From Cycas panzhihuaensis (taxonomy: Eukaryota > Plantae > Cycadophyta), in contig CM041465.1 in assembly GCA_023213395.1 (NCBI GenBank), positions 194,501,741 through 194,565,740 on the forward strand: a stretch of DNA of 64,000 nucleotides, in the 5' to 3' direction. Every line of letters starts with the position of its first letter. Positions within the stretch are counted from its first letter, which is position 1. A program made the position numbers and the translations under genes. The notes beneath the pieces were generated by a model that saw only the letters and a program-made list of their open reading frames with translations, was not told the origin of the DNA and did no database searches. Below, piece by piece: positions 40,773-55,700 of this stretch.

Positions 40773-43700
40773 ATACTTTTTAGCGTATGGGAAGCGAGGA
40801 CCATTTAAAGTGATCCCAATCATTTTGTAGCTTGCTCATATTGCAAAAGAACATGTGCTAGACAATGATGTAACACATGAAACACTCAAGTAGAAGCTTT
40901 TTGGCTTATTACATTTGCAAGAGTCTTGAATGTATTGTGGATTTAAGCCGTTGATTTCAAGAGAAGTTGCATATTAATATTACATCAAAGACCTTCAATT
41001 GGTATGATAATTACATTTTCCTCTCATCTGATCCTATAGATATATCATCTTACACAATTGTTGTAAGGCCACTTTTGCCAAGCCAAGGATACAACCATGA
41101 GCCTTGTGGTAAGGGTTCTAATCTCAGGGCAATAAGCTTAGGAAAAGTGATGAATATCTCATAGAAGTAGGCATCCATGCATCAAAGTTGAGGACTTGTT
41201 CTTCAAATTTCTGAGATGTGCTTTTAATTAAAGCTAACTTCTCTTAGATATAATGGTGACAAACAAAATTTTTTATTGTAAGTCTATGCTATCTCAAGTT
41301 TGATATTTTAAGTACTTCTTCAACTTGATGAATAGTTTGATATATGTTTTTCTTGTTACTATCACCTCCCCACAATTCTGGTCAAGTTCATTAAGTATTT
41401 TACTATTGTATTAGAATTTTATGAAAGACTCTATAGGCTGTCATCATATTTCTGGCAGATGGAATCTTTGGATCCACATTTTCTGCCCACCGTAGACAGC
41501 ATATCAAATCATGTCATGTAGAGAATAATTGCCTCTAACTATTTCTTAGTGTGTCTTACTTTTAGTTGCTAAGTTCCTAAGATAAATTCTATTGAGCAAA
41601 CTCCAAAAGTTGAAAATTATAGGTTGAAAAGGGAAGGTTGTTTTTATATAAAGGCTTAAAGCTTATGAGCCAAACTAGAATTCAAATTTTTGTTCAGGCA
41701 AACTGCAAAACTCAGCTCTTGCAAAGCACATATTTGTATGTCATTTGTCACCCATGTTCATTAAAGTTGTCCATCACTAATGGATGCTTGAATGCTTATC
41801 AACAAGCAACAAGTCGTTGGAAATTTTCAACCCATGGTCAATCCATGACTATTATAATTATTTGGGTAGTTATCCCTCAAATGTTGACCAAGAGGTGCAC
41901 ATTTGTGAAGATCCTTCATATGTGAGCATTATTAAATTGTGTGTTAGAACTCACAACTTCATATATTTTCATAGGTCCTCTAAGAAGCTTTCCAATCTCA
42001 TTAGTCCTCTATAAAGTGAATTGTTTCTATAAATACGTACCTATTCCAATTTAATAGGTGTAGATTGATCATCCTTCCAATTTCTTTTGTATTTTAGGTT
42101 GGTGCATAATTCATATTTCTTTATCACAGTATCATAGTCTCTTGTATAGCATTTCTAACATGATATCAAAGGATTTCATTCAAGTATCTCTAACGTGGTA
42201 TTAGAGCCTATGGGTTGATCGTTGGAGCCAATGGTTTGATCTTCATAAGGCCCTATTAGTAAGTGTGGCAAGCCTCATATCTAGAATGCATCCTATAAAG
42301 TGGCAAGGGAAAAGACTAGTTACCCATGCGACTCAATGACACTTATAAACTATAAGGATGTCATAGTTGTATTGTTCGATTGTCAAGCACCCTAGGTTTC
42401 ATGTAGCAATGAATAGAGGTAAATAGAAGTTTGTTGAAATGAAAATTTCAAGCATCGAACCTATGTTGGGGTCCTCTAGAAGTTGCAAAAACCCTAGATG
42501 CCAAGTATCTTGTAGCCACAACAAGTGTGTTTGCTTGTGGATGTTTCAACAAAATCAATCTGCATATGTCTAATATGGTGTACAATTATGGATCAAGATG
42601 AGCTACACAATTGGAGCTAATATGTTGGGATCTCAAATTTACGATAAGACTATTCTTAAATTTTTTGAGATTATTGATTTGGTGGGCTCATGGACATACA
42701 TGCATGTGTGCCTAAATAATTAGCATGTATGGATTTAACATTTGGATCCACAAATTCAATTGTTTACGATGGAATGAAGTAAGAAGTGGTATTTTGGATT
42801 TAATTTTTGACAATTTGATTAGGCATTTGGCCACTTTAGCTCTGCTAACATAATGATCATTGGATGTCTTCCTAAGTCGAAGCCCTCTTAACATTTATTG
42901 ATCATTGTTATGGTGAGAGCAACTGAACTTGATATTTTGTGTTGGATGTCTATCTCATTTGGTTTCATGGACTACAATAATTATAGGATATTAGTAAATG
43001 GACATGTCCAAAGAACATTTGAGTAGATAAAGTTTCATGTAGCTAGGAAAACTCAGGCAACTATAAAATAGCCATGGGTTTGAGGAAAGGTAGATTAAAT
43101 ACTATGTAAATTTGTCGACCTCAACATATATTGTCGAGTTTGTGGGGTTGCAAGGACATATCCAAACATAAAAAACAAATAGGAACCAGAGAAAGTGTGG
43201 AAAAGACAAATCCGCTTGATGAAATTGGGAATTAGCATGCTTGCAAATACCCAAGGCCAGCTCAAATTCAAAAAAAACAAACACATCACATTATAAGAAG
43301 ATTCACTAAATGCATCATCACATTATAAGGTCGGTCGGTGGCAGTCATGGTAAATCTAGTGCCGAGCCATAGTTTGAGTGGGACCATAAGCTTAGTCTTG
43401 TTCCTAGCAAAACTGAGAGATAAATTGCAGCCCTTACAAAGAGTAGGATATGTTGTTGATTGCACAGGCAACTTGGAGTGTAGTGTAGAGTTAAATGCTC
43501 GAAAGAAATAAGTCGAAGATCATAAGACTAAGACCCACATGGAGAGCCATCGATGAACTCAACAAGAACAAGAGTGAAAGACTTGGGGCAAATACGCTTA
43601 GAACTAAGGGGTAACACCTAGACGCGAAGGCTCAACCACTGGAAAAGAGGTGATCACAACAATTGTGGAAAGCTCAAAGATTGAGGTCGAAGTACATACG

Positions 43701-44537
43701 GCATGGACCAAGATGTGAATACATTAAATGCTAAATGCAAACACTCTAAACACTAAAAAAAACGTTGTTGGCCATTAAGACACCATCATGGACAAGGGTT
43801 GAGAACCCGTGAAGGGTATACATGTAGTTGAGAGTTGATTCAACAACCCCATGGAAATCAATAAATTCAAATTTTGATCAACTGGCGGTTGGGCAACGAC
43901 GACAATGGGGAAGAGGGAGTTGCAATAACTCACCCATTGAGAGAAGCCAACAAACTAGGAGAGTAGAGAAGCCCACATCAGAGAAATTTGAATGCCACAA
44001 ACAAATTCACTAACAAAATTCAATGGAAATTTGAAAACTTGCAATTGCAAACAAAATTTCAAATTGATGGGTAAACAAAATTAATTTTTCCTAAGGCTAA
44101 TTTTGATCAAATTATTTTGTATACAAATTTGAAGTCCATTTTTTTGGCCCCCTAGCCTACTAGCCTATAGTCATGTGGTAAAATAGGGTGAAATCAATTT
44201 CTAGCCCCTTAAAATGTCATTTTACTTTTTCAAAAATACAACCAAATTTCTAATAAAACCCTCTATCTTTTTGAAGTGGTCACATTTTTCTTCAACCCTC
44301 CTTCACAATATTTCAAGCATATTTTGTTTTGCAAGCAATTAGTATGTTGGTTCTGACAATTGTATAGGTGAAAACCCATTTTGAAGTCAAAGGTACATGT
44401 GATGAAATGTCACATTGTTGGTGGAATGTAATTGCCAATTCAGTGCATGTTTGATGGTGATCCTTGGTTGAGGTGTTTGCCTGTTATATGCTTCAAAACT
44501 AATTTTGCTTTTTCTTTTTGAAGAAAAACTGCATGTA

Positions 44538-47500
44538 TGAAGGAACATAGATGATAATTGCTTGATGAGATTGCATTCATAAGAATGTTCATGAATACAA
44601 TGTTAGACCTTTTCCATGTGTAACAAGTGTCTTACATGCGATCACACAGTTTGCATGAATGACAAGTGTTCCATATGCAAGAAAGGGAAAGTGATACATG
44701 ACCCTTAATAATTAAAAAACTAGGCCTAACTTTATAACTTAAGAATAAACATTATTCCTAACACCCCCCATAATGTTTATTCTTTCTTCCTCACTCCAAT
44801 TTGGTCTCTAAATAACTGGAACTTTTATTTTCCCAGTGGCTTAGTGAAAACATCTACTAGTTCTTCTTCAATTAGACAATATAATAGTTCAATCTCCTTC
44901 TGTTGCACTTTTTCTCTAATAAAGTGACGGTGTGCTTCTATATGTTTGGTTCTGGGATGAAACACTAGGTATTTTGTCATCTCGATGGTGCTCTGATTGT
45001 CACAGTATATTGGTGTTGGAGACAATTATGCTTGATCCATTTCTTCCAGCATTCTTCTAAGCTAGATGGCTTAACATGAAGTGCTTACAACAACTTTATA
45101 CTTAGCTTCTGTTGAGGGCAATGCTATTGTGGGTTGCTTCTTGTTGCACCATGAGACGTTACATGTTCCTAGGTTGAAGCAGTATCCGGAGGTGGATTTC
45201 CAGTCATTGTTTTCCCTGGCCCAATAAGAGTTTGTGTATCCAACCAACTTGAAATTTTCAACCTTTGAGTATTGCAGTCTCAGATTCAAAGTTCCTTTTA
45301 TATATCTTAAAATTCTCTTAGTTACTTTCTAGTGAGTTTCCTTGGGGGCTGTCATGAATAAGTATGTTATTCCCACAACATATGTTACATCTAGTCTAGT
45401 AGTTGTTAGGTAGATAAGATTGTCTACTAATCTTTTGTACAGGTTTTCATTCACTGATTTTCCTTCTTCATCTGTAGTAAGTTTATTTCCTACCTCCATC
45501 AGTGTGATTGCAGGTTTACAATTTTCCATATTGGAGTCTTTCAGGATGCTTTTTGCATACTTAGCTTGAGATAGGAACGTGCCATCATGTTGTTGATCTA
45601 TCTCAACATCTAGATAATAATGCAAGAGACCCATATCTATCATTTCAAAAGAGGTACATAGTGCTTACTTGGTATGTTGTATCCATTCATTGTTGCTCCC
45701 TATGATTAGAAGATCATCCATGCATAAGACAATTATTATGACCTTTCTGTCCTTAGTTTTGTAGATATAAAGACTAGGGTCAACTTCACATCTTGTGAAC
45801 CCATTTTATTTTAGTTGTTGGTCAATTTTACTATACCATGATCTTGGAGATTGCTTGAGGCCATACAATGCCTTCTTTAGTTTGCAGACTAGATGAGCTT
45901 CTCCCCTTTTTGTATATCTAGGAGGTTGTTCCATGTATACTTCTTCTGATAGATTTCCATTGAAAAATGCTCCCTTTACATCCATTTGAAAGATTTTTCA
46001 ATTGTGTTGAACTGCAAGGGCTATGACGGTTCTAACAATGATCATTTTAGCCACTGGCGCAAAAGTTTCTTCATAGTCTATTTCTTTGGTTTGAATAAAA
46101 CCTCATTCCACTAGCCAAGCCTCGTACCTTTCAACTATTCCATCTAATTTTTTCTTAGTTTTAAATACCCAATTGCATCCTACATCGGGTTTGTTTGGAG
46201 GAATTGGGACCAAGTCCCAGGTGTCATTCCTTTGTATTGTTTCAATTTCTTCATTCATGGCTTTGACCCATTTTCAGTCCTTGTTGGCCTTTTCATAGCT
46301 TAGAGGTTCAATATTACATAGGAGAGAGTGATGTACCTGACTTCTAGTCCCCCCTCTTTCTAAGTCATCAATATTTTCGATTCCTAAATCTTGGATAGTT
46401 CTTATGTACCATTTTGGTAATCTTCTTGTGGTTGCCTAATTCTAATTGGCATCTTAAATTTTTGTTGGGGCTTCCAGAGCTACTGGTGGAATTTCCAATG
46501 GTTCAACTTGTTCTGTCTCTATTTCTCGTGAATGTGAGTCTAGAGGCTCTTCTCTTATGGATGAAGATTCATCAAATATTACATCTCGACTTATGATTAT
46601 TTTGTTTGTTTTTCTATCCATGCATCTATATGCCTTGGATTGTCACTGCACCCTACGAGGATGCATTTAATGCTCTTATTTTCCAGTTTTTTCCTTTTTT
46701 CACATATATATGGACATAGGTCATGCAACCAAAGACTTTTAAATGTGAGACACATGGTTTTCTTCCTACCCAGACTTCTTCGAGAATGGTTCCCCTTAGT
46801 GCTTTGGCAGGGCTTCTGTTGAGAAGATGAACCGTTATACTTACAACTTCTGCCTAATATTTTTTTGGGACATTCTTTCCTTTCAATAGGGCTCTAGCCA
46901 TTTCTGTAACTGTCTTATTTTTCCTTTATGCAACTCCATTTGATTATGAAGTATATGTAATGGTAAGTTGCCTCTTGATTCCATGGGCTTTACAATATCT
47001 ATAAAAGTCATTTAATGTGAACTCACCCCCATTGTTTGTTGTCTGAACTTTAATCCTTCCATCATTTTACCTTTCAACCTGTGCTTTGAAATCTTTGAAA
47101 ATGTCGAATGCTTCTTATTTGTTCTTAAGAAAGTATATGCATACTTTCCTTGTGTAATCATTTATGAAAGTCGAGAAATATTTTGCTCCTCCTATGGAAG
47201 TTGGTATGATTGGACCACAAATCCCACTATGGATCAATTCCAACTTAGTTTGAGACTGCCAAGTGCTTTGAGAGAAGCTTTGTCTGTGTTGTTTGCATAA
47301 CATACATCCTTCGCATGATGATTGTGGATTTGATATGAATGGGAATCCTTCAACCATGGTATGCCTTTTTAGTAATGATACGCAATCATAAGAAAGATGC
47401 CCATACTACAAATGCTAGATATCACTATCATCAAATTTGTTGTTTACAGGGAGAGCGTGGACTGTTGAAGTAGCTAGAAATTCGTAGAGCCCATCTACCT

Positions 47501-50239
47501 CAACTCCTTCTCCTATGACTTTGTAGTTCTAGTTTTTGTCTAGATTGGTATATTTTCCATCTTCGGATTCTACCTGGAGATTTTTCCTTGTCATTTGTGA
47601 TATAGACAACAAGTTCTTTTGAGTCTGTAAGTATACAAGACATTTCCTACCTTTTTTGTATCACCATCGTTCATCTTGAAGGGAATAGTTCTTATTTCTT
47701 CAATAGAGTGAGTAGCATCGTCTCCAAGTTCTAATGCAACATTAGTATGATATGCTTTAAGACTTTTGAATCGATCCAGTTCTTGTGTCATACGGCGGGA
47801 TGCTCCAAAGTCAATGAACTAGTTGTTGTTGGAGATGACCTGTGATGATAATGCTAAGAAGAATGTGGTTTCTTTATTGTTTTTATATTTTTTCTCTCCA
47901 CTATAATTCCCAACAGCTCTCTTGCCTCATGCTAGATCAAACTTCCTAAATCTATAGTCCTTTGCATAGTGGCTTGTTTTTCCATATAGAAGCACACAAT
48001 TCTTTGAGATGCAAGTCTTTGTGATGGAGAGGTGTTTCTTTGGTGTGTGTGAAGAATATGAATAAAGACAAAATCGCAGTTTTCCAAATACAATCAAATT
48101 CCAAATTACAATTAGAAGTGTGACCCAAGGTGCATTCAAACCCCAAATCGCAATCAATAGTGCAACCCACGGTACGATCAGATTCTAGATACTAGCTTAA
48201 GTACAACTGAAAGTACAATCAAAGATCAAATTGCAACCTGAGTACGACTAGGAGCACGACTAGAGATCAAATTACAACTTAAGTACAACTGAAAATGCAA
48301 TCAAAATACAAATTGTAATTGGAAGTACGACCAAAGAACCAACTAGCTAACGAATTATACTTAAAAATATAATCAAATGTATTAAGTAATAGTCAGTTAA
48401 CATTCTATTATAACATAATGTATCAATTTTGTATAAAATGAATGTCGTAAGAATGGATGATGTATTAGATTAGGATTATTCTTCTTCCTTTTTGGTGTAC
48501 GACTTATTGTTGATTTTCTTGTGGCAGTCTCTCATTTGTACTATTTTAGGACTACATCTAGTTGTCAAAGAACTAGATGCAATGCCCTCTTGGAATAAAG
48601 ATATTGGTTTGCATCCCCAATCAATGTATATTCTTTTGTGTTCACATATCTAAATTGAATGGTTGGTAAATCGTAGGAGTAGATTGCAGGACACATATTG
48701 GCCTCGCCCTCTTATGAAGCCTCCTCTAGGTTGAGTTTGTCCAACTCTTTTTTGAATTTTTGCCTTAGAGGCAAAAGCATTCTCTAGATCTGTGTCATCA
48801 TAGTTTATTTTTCTTTGTTCAAAGTGGAGCAATTGTCCACACAATACATCAAATGATAGCTTCCTAATATCAAGTGAAAGAGATATAGTGGTTACAAAAT
48901 TTTCAAATGATCTTGGTAGTTTGTTCAGTATAAGCTAAACCAACTCTTTGTCACCTATAGTCATACCAGTGGTGGCCAGATTTTCACATAGATTTTTGAG
49001 CCTAGTAAGAAAACTTATTACATTTTCATTCTTACAGATTTGGTCCTTATACAATTTTTCTTTTAGAAACAGAATTCTAGCAACATTTTGCTGGGCATAT
49101 AATCAGGACAAGGTATTCCATGCTTCATTGGCAGCAGTGGCTTGGGCTATGTGAGGTTGGATGTGGTCCACCATAAACAAAGTGATAACTGCAAATGCAT
49201 ACCGATCGTGTTCATCAAAGGTTCTTGCTTCATCTTGGCCTATTGGTCGTGTTGTTGCCTTTTCAATCTACTTCCATGCTCCTTTGGCAAGCAAAATTCC
49301 TCTAATTTTAGTCTTTCAAGCACTAAAATTATCACCTGAAAGTTTTTTCGAGTCAGGAAGAGAATATACGACAACCATTAAGAAAGAAAAAAAAGGATAA
49401 AAAATTCTTGAAATTTTCATACGATACATATCTGTAAGGGCATACAAGTTGTACCAAGTTTTTGGGCCCAGGGTCAAAAAAATGAAGTGACTCTCAAATC
49501 GAAGAGTTTTTTGGCACCTTTCTGATTTTGCATACGATTTTCGATCCAAGCTCTAGATAAGAAGAAATTTGCTTCTGAATCTCACTTGGGTGGCTAGGGT
49601 TTTTTCTTATTTTTGCTCATATTTTTCTGCACTAAGTCCGATTTAGGCCGAATCTAGTATCAAATCAAAGCTCTAGAGATGATCTAACTTTTGGTACCAG
49701 TCTTGTATCGTAAAATAGTAAGATTTCAGAGAAACCTGCTATAGAAAAATTTTGGCCACCCCTCACAAATCTGGCTTTTTCTCGATCAAAACAAAGTTGA
49801 AATCTGATGAAAGTCATGATCTAAAATCTCCTTGAAGAGGCACAACTTTTGAGTACCTTTCATCCTTTTCTATCCATGCTATCTGTATGATACTATCCTG
49901 TACGAATCTGTATAGTTCCATACACACACTTCGGGTTGAAGCCTTCACAAGTGGTCCCTTCAACACTAAGCTAAAAAAACAAATTAACTTCTTCAAAGAA
50001 CCTGCTCTAATACCATGAAGGAACATAGATGATAATTGTTTGATGATATTGCATTGATAAGAATGTTCATATATACAATATAAGACCTTCTGTGTGTACC
50101 AAATGTCGTACATGCAATAACATAGTCTGCATGAGTGACAAGTGTTCTACATGCAAGAAAGGGGAAGTGATACATGACCCTCAATAATTTAAAAACTAGG
50201 CCTAACTTTATAACTTAAGAACAAACATTATTCCTAAGA
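44538..50239 (-). mobile_element. Element H: full-length decayed Ty1/Copia nested in K
   Basis: LTRs 44538-44763 and 50016-50239, TSD ATGTA/ATGTG, PBS gctctaatacca 50004-50015. Gag LSGDNFSA, INT LELIHSGICGP..FINDYTRK, RT and RNase H (IYCDNQSTI, RTKHIEAHRHFIRE). Confidence 0.93.
48048..48646. mobile_element. Probable solo LTR inserted in gag of element H
   Basis: TGTGAA...TTCACA termini and internal degenerate repeats (aagtac.ac.aaa, aaat..caa). Separates the RGGFIRGRG region from the zinc knuckle. No clear TSD. Confidence 0.55.
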
Positions 50240-52735
50240 ATGTGGAGTTCATATTTGAGGTATATTAAGTGGATGGTTATAGGAATTATTGCGAGTTGGT
50301 AGAAAGACTACCTAAAATATGAACTAATTCGCTAAAGAATTCAACAAATGGAATTGTGACTTTATAACTCCTGGGAACAAATAGACTCAATTTTAGAGGG
50401 GTTGATGAAACAAGTATACAAAGAACTTCATAGTAGAATAGTGAATACAACGACTAGTTACCCGTGTATTCCAATAGATGATTGACTCTTTATATGGGCA
50501 TAGACAAATTCATTTAAAAAGAAGGAAGCACACTCAAAGTAGTTAAAATGGCAAAGCCAAAGTTTGAAGTGACAAACAAACAATGAATTAAACATTATAA
50601 GGGAATGTCAGAAAATAATGTTTAGCCCATGGTCAATCCATGATCATTGTAATTATTTAGTTAGTTATCTCTCAAATGTTGACCAAGAGGTGCACGTTTG
50701 CGAAGATTCTTAAAATGTGAGCATTATTAAATTGTGCTAGAATTCACATCTTCATGCATTCTCATAGGTGTTAGAAAAAGATAAGCATTATAACATAATA
50801 TGTAACAACATGAGGTGAATAAAGATGTAATCTATAAATGAATCAAAGAATTAAGTATTACAAACACCTGGGACAATAAAGCTTATGGGAAATGATCATG
50901 TCCAATTGTATTAGGTATGAGTACATACTTATAGTACATAAACACCTCACAGTTGTCCAATCACATATAAGAACAATTATGTCCACCACTAAGATGATAC
51001 ATGGACATGTGTGCACATGCACACACCTTAATGACGCATTATAATATCACATGAGAGAGTTTGTAGACACCTCAACATTAAACATCATTCCTAACACACC
51101 CCCCCCCCATAATATTTAATGTCACATCAAAACACACTATACCCTTTGTCTTACAATTTCAATAAGGTAGGCATCATTACCTCCTCCTTCAAACATGTTA
51201 GATCAAATGGAAAACGTCTCCAACTTGTACAAGTTGTATCTTCAAGTTATTGAACCAATCAAATCTTGCTAAAGTCTATATAAAGAAAGCTCCATCTACC
51301 GGACTACATGGGTAACCAAACACTGCAATAACTAGTTCTATAGGAATCTCCTTTAGATACATAGTTATGCCAGCATTTGCCAACACCATTCTCGGAATAA
51401 ATCAAATTACCTAGCCAACCAAATGAGTTGAGTACCAAAACATAACAACTTCTTTTCGATGAAGCCTCCACAAGTGGTCGCTTCAATAGTTGTAATATGT
51501 GAAAACAACGTATTGAAACCTCCATAAATGGTCCCTTCATACCTATTCTCAACAATCTCATACACAGTTGCCATATAGCTTACAAGGACCAACAATTGTC
51601 ATAAACATAAGATGCGACCCACTAAATGCATTAATGACTCTCTCATCTAACATTTTTAACAACATGGGTTCTCCAAAGCCTCCAAAAATAGAGCCTATAA
51701 ACCAAGCCTACAATTTTATCCAAAGGAACCCCTTTTCAATGCCTAAGAATACAAGCACCAACTTTCTCAATTAAAATCTCCCTAATGAGAAACTCAAAAA
51801 AGGTCATACAACCACCCATTTTGAATGTGTTTGAATTCCCTTCTCAATGCAACTGACGACACAAAAACCCAACTGCAAATGCAAAGGTTATTGTGAAAAT
51901 ACCAATAGCACCTCATAACAAATGAGAAACAGGATCAAAATTTAACATAACACTCATAACTTTGGGTCTTGGTCACATCTTTAACCCATGTGACCATCTG
52001 ACTTAAAGAGGGCTTGGATGGACTTGAAACCGCATTTCAATATGGTTAAATATCATAAAACTATGCAAAAAATAAATCAATGCATACAAATTCACCGCAT
52101 AAAAGATTTGTCATCATTTCAGTCTACGTATTCATCAATGTAATCTCTGATTAATGCCCATGATCACAATCAATTCAATCAACAAATCCTCTAGACAAAT
52201 AAACTACGAATATAAGGAATAGCATCCCCCACGCCATGACCTATCTGCAAATAATCTTCAGCTCTAATTTTGGCAATTATGACATCAGATTTCATCCTTT
52301 ACCATGACCTCAGCTCCCCCGCGTCTCGTCCTGTCCTTCATTAGAATAATTAGAAGCGAATTTGCTTTAGCCTTAACCAAGGCATCTTTTGCATGAATAG
52401 GGATACTCTAGGTTATCGACCCTCAACACCAAAGGATTATTAGTCACCTATAATGATTAGCACTGCCCTACGCCATAGTTTTACAAGGGAAGTGGGCAAA
52501 AGCCTTTAAACTTGAATCATTTTTCAATAGAATGCTTGAGTAAATGGCACAATGTATGACAGCATTTGATATGAAGCTATAATGCTACCTGGTTGTGCCA
52601 ATTTAGATGTCTCTAGCCACAAGTGTCGCCCTACTAAGACAAGCTCATGCATTGCAATATATATATATTGCATTCAATTTCTCAATATCGGGTGGAGTCA
52701 GAGGGTCAAAGATTTCTTCTTCCTTATGTTCCATT

Positions 52736-55700
52736 TAATAGAAGAATTAATGATTGAATTCATTAATTCATTGATGATCAATTGTACTATACTTTTTGTA
52801 ACGTGTTGTAAATAATTTATATTGAGGGTGTTGTTTTCATAAATGGGTTAAGTCACAACTTAATGTTGTGAGCCTAGGTGTGTAGGGGTACTTTTGCTCT
52901 CAATATTAAAATAATGTAAAGGTGATTTAATCATGCAAGGTGCCAACTCTCACCTTGCATGATCTTACGTTTAATATTCCTTATGTTCATTATAACTACC
53001 TCTTTTGTTGCATATGTGAGGCTTTTTGTATGTAATGTTTCATATAATGTATTTTACACATGAGAGATTAATGCAAGTCATATCTTTAGAGCCTATGAGT
53101 AATTCATCTCCTCCTTTTGTCAATGTTTTATTGAAATGTTTATTATTTACATTGTGTATGTGAGTGAGTTTTGCATCTGGGTCTAAACCAGGCCTGATCC
53201 TCACTCTTTCACTTGGTATCAAAGCTTGTATTCTATACCAGCTTTCAAAGCCTGCCTTCATAACTTCCTTCATTACAATAGTTGCCATTCTCATTAAGTA
53301 CTATGTAGATCTTTCATTGCAGCAATAACCTCTATGTTATTAACATCAAACAAGTGAATCTTGTGATGTGATAGTACTCTGTTTACTTTTAAAGATCTCC
53401 AAGCTAAAACATGTGCAGAATCTAAGTTCAATATCATCGAAGGAGGTTGTTTGAGTCACAATGGAACTGTATTTGGATTGCACTTGTGATGAACGAAGTT
53501 GTCCCTCTTATAAGTCTTTTTGAGCGATACGTGAGCCTGCTTTATGCTATCTATTACGTGATTGTCTTTTTTTTTCCTTCTCGATTGTGTGTGGTCAGCT
53601 ACATTCTTTTATTACACCTCCATTGCGTGCTTATTTACATCATTATGCTCGAGCCGTGATTGTCTTGCGTCTGCCTAAGTCGCTTGTTGTCTCGTGCCTC
53701 TTCGTATCACACTTGCCTTGTAGAGAATTGATCTGTAAACACGATCGGGCTGCCTCGCTTGTTTGCATCTACGCGATGCCTCATCTCCTCGACCTTCCTA
53801 CATATCAATGTGCAGGTCATTACTTGTTACGCCAATTGGCCCTCTCTTGGCTCTATCATGATCTGCGTAAGCTTGCGTGAGTTGTGCACATCCTTCTCCC
53901 TTTGCTTGACATCTCATGGCTACACCTTCAAGAATTGGATTGTAGCAATAAAGGACTTAAATTAACATATCAACTGACCACTTTTGAGGAAGCTATTGTA
54001 GATCAAAAGTGGCAAGCAACTATGATTGAAGAGATGGATTCTATCCTACAAAATGATACATAAGAGCTAGTTGAGCTGCTTGAAGGTTAAAAAACCTATT
54101 GATTGTAGATGGATTTATAAAACAAAATTTCATGCAATGGCTTCGTTCAACGGCATAATGCATGTTTGGTCGCCAAAGGTTTCAAACAAGTTGAAGGTGT
54201 TGATTATGATGACACATTTGCACCAATAGCCAACATGACCACTGTCAAGCTTGTTTTGGCACTTGCAACTCAATTTAATTAGCCTGTTTATCAAATGAAT
54301 GCAAATAGTGACTTCTTGAATGGCGATTTACAAGAGGAAATATATTTAAATCAACCTCCCAACTTTGTTGTTCGAGGAAAAAAACACCTAGTCTGCAAAC
54401 TTAAAAAGGCCCTATATGGCCTTAGCAATCACCTCGCCCCTGGTACGCAAAAATTAATGAATATTTTCAAAAGCATGGATTCATTCGCTCATCTTCAAAT
54501 CCAAATCTGTACATCAGAATTCATAATGGTTTGATCACTCTGGTTGTACTTTACATTGATGATTTATTGATAACTGTTAATGACACAAAGTGGATTACGT
54601 ATCTCCAAGGAGAACTAAACAGCAGCTCTGGGATGACTAGCCTCAGGTTGCTACACTACTTTCTTGCCATGAAAGTCTAGTAGGAGCTAGGCCATATCTT
54701 TCTCTCTCAATCTAAATATGTAAAAGAGATTCTTCAAAAATTCATGATAGAAGAATGTAAACCATCACCAACTCCTACGAAGATAGGTCTGAAATTGGAC
54801 ATTGATGAGCACGGAAAACACGTGGATCCTACTTTATATAAGCAATTTGTAGGGAAATTAATTTACCCCGCTCATGCTCGACCTGACATTGCATATGTTG
54901 TTGGAATCTATTCAAGGTTCATGACACAGCCTAAGACTTCACATTAGAAAGTAGCAATGAGGATCTTGAGATATCTTCACGGTACTCTCCAGTTTGGACT
55001 TGATTACTGTCGTGTGGATAATCCTTTATTAACAAGTTATACAAACGCAGATTGGGCTAGATGCAAAGATAGTTGTAGATCAACCTTAGGCTATTGTTTT
55101 AACCTGGATTTTGCTTCAGTTTCATGGTATTGCAAAAAGCAACCTAATGTCACTTTATCTTCAACTAAAGCTTAGTATAAAGTCGCCCTTAGTGAATTGT
55201 AGAGGCTATCTAGCTTAGAATGATTCTTGAAGAGCTTGGAATCAGTTAAACACAAGCTACGATACAGTTCTATGACAATCAAAGTGTTCTTTAATTGACC
55301 AAGAATCATGTGGGGCTAGAACAAAACACATCGAGGTTCACCATCATTTCATCAGGAAGCATGTACAGGATGGTGAAATAGATTTGATCTACAAGCCTGT
55401 CGATGATCAGATTTCAAATATCTTCACAAAGGTACGCGAGAAATTTGAAAGGTTCTGACTTAGCCTCGGTGTCAAAATTAATGAACTCATCATTAAGGGA
55501 GGGTGATAGAAGAATTAATTATTGAATTCATTAATTCATTGATGATCAATTGTACTATACTTTTTGTAACGTGTTGTAAATAATTTATATTGAGGGTGTT
55601 GTTTTCATAAATGGGTTAAGTCACAACTTAATGTTGTGGGACCTAAATGTGTGGGGATACTTTTGCTCTTAATATTAAAATATTGTAAAGGTAATTTAAC

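Noticed and set aside
41020-41090. Plus-strand LINE RT-like motif (SDPIDISSYTIVV)
   Set aside because: Isolated and weak; neighbouring motifs favour a minus-strand LINE.
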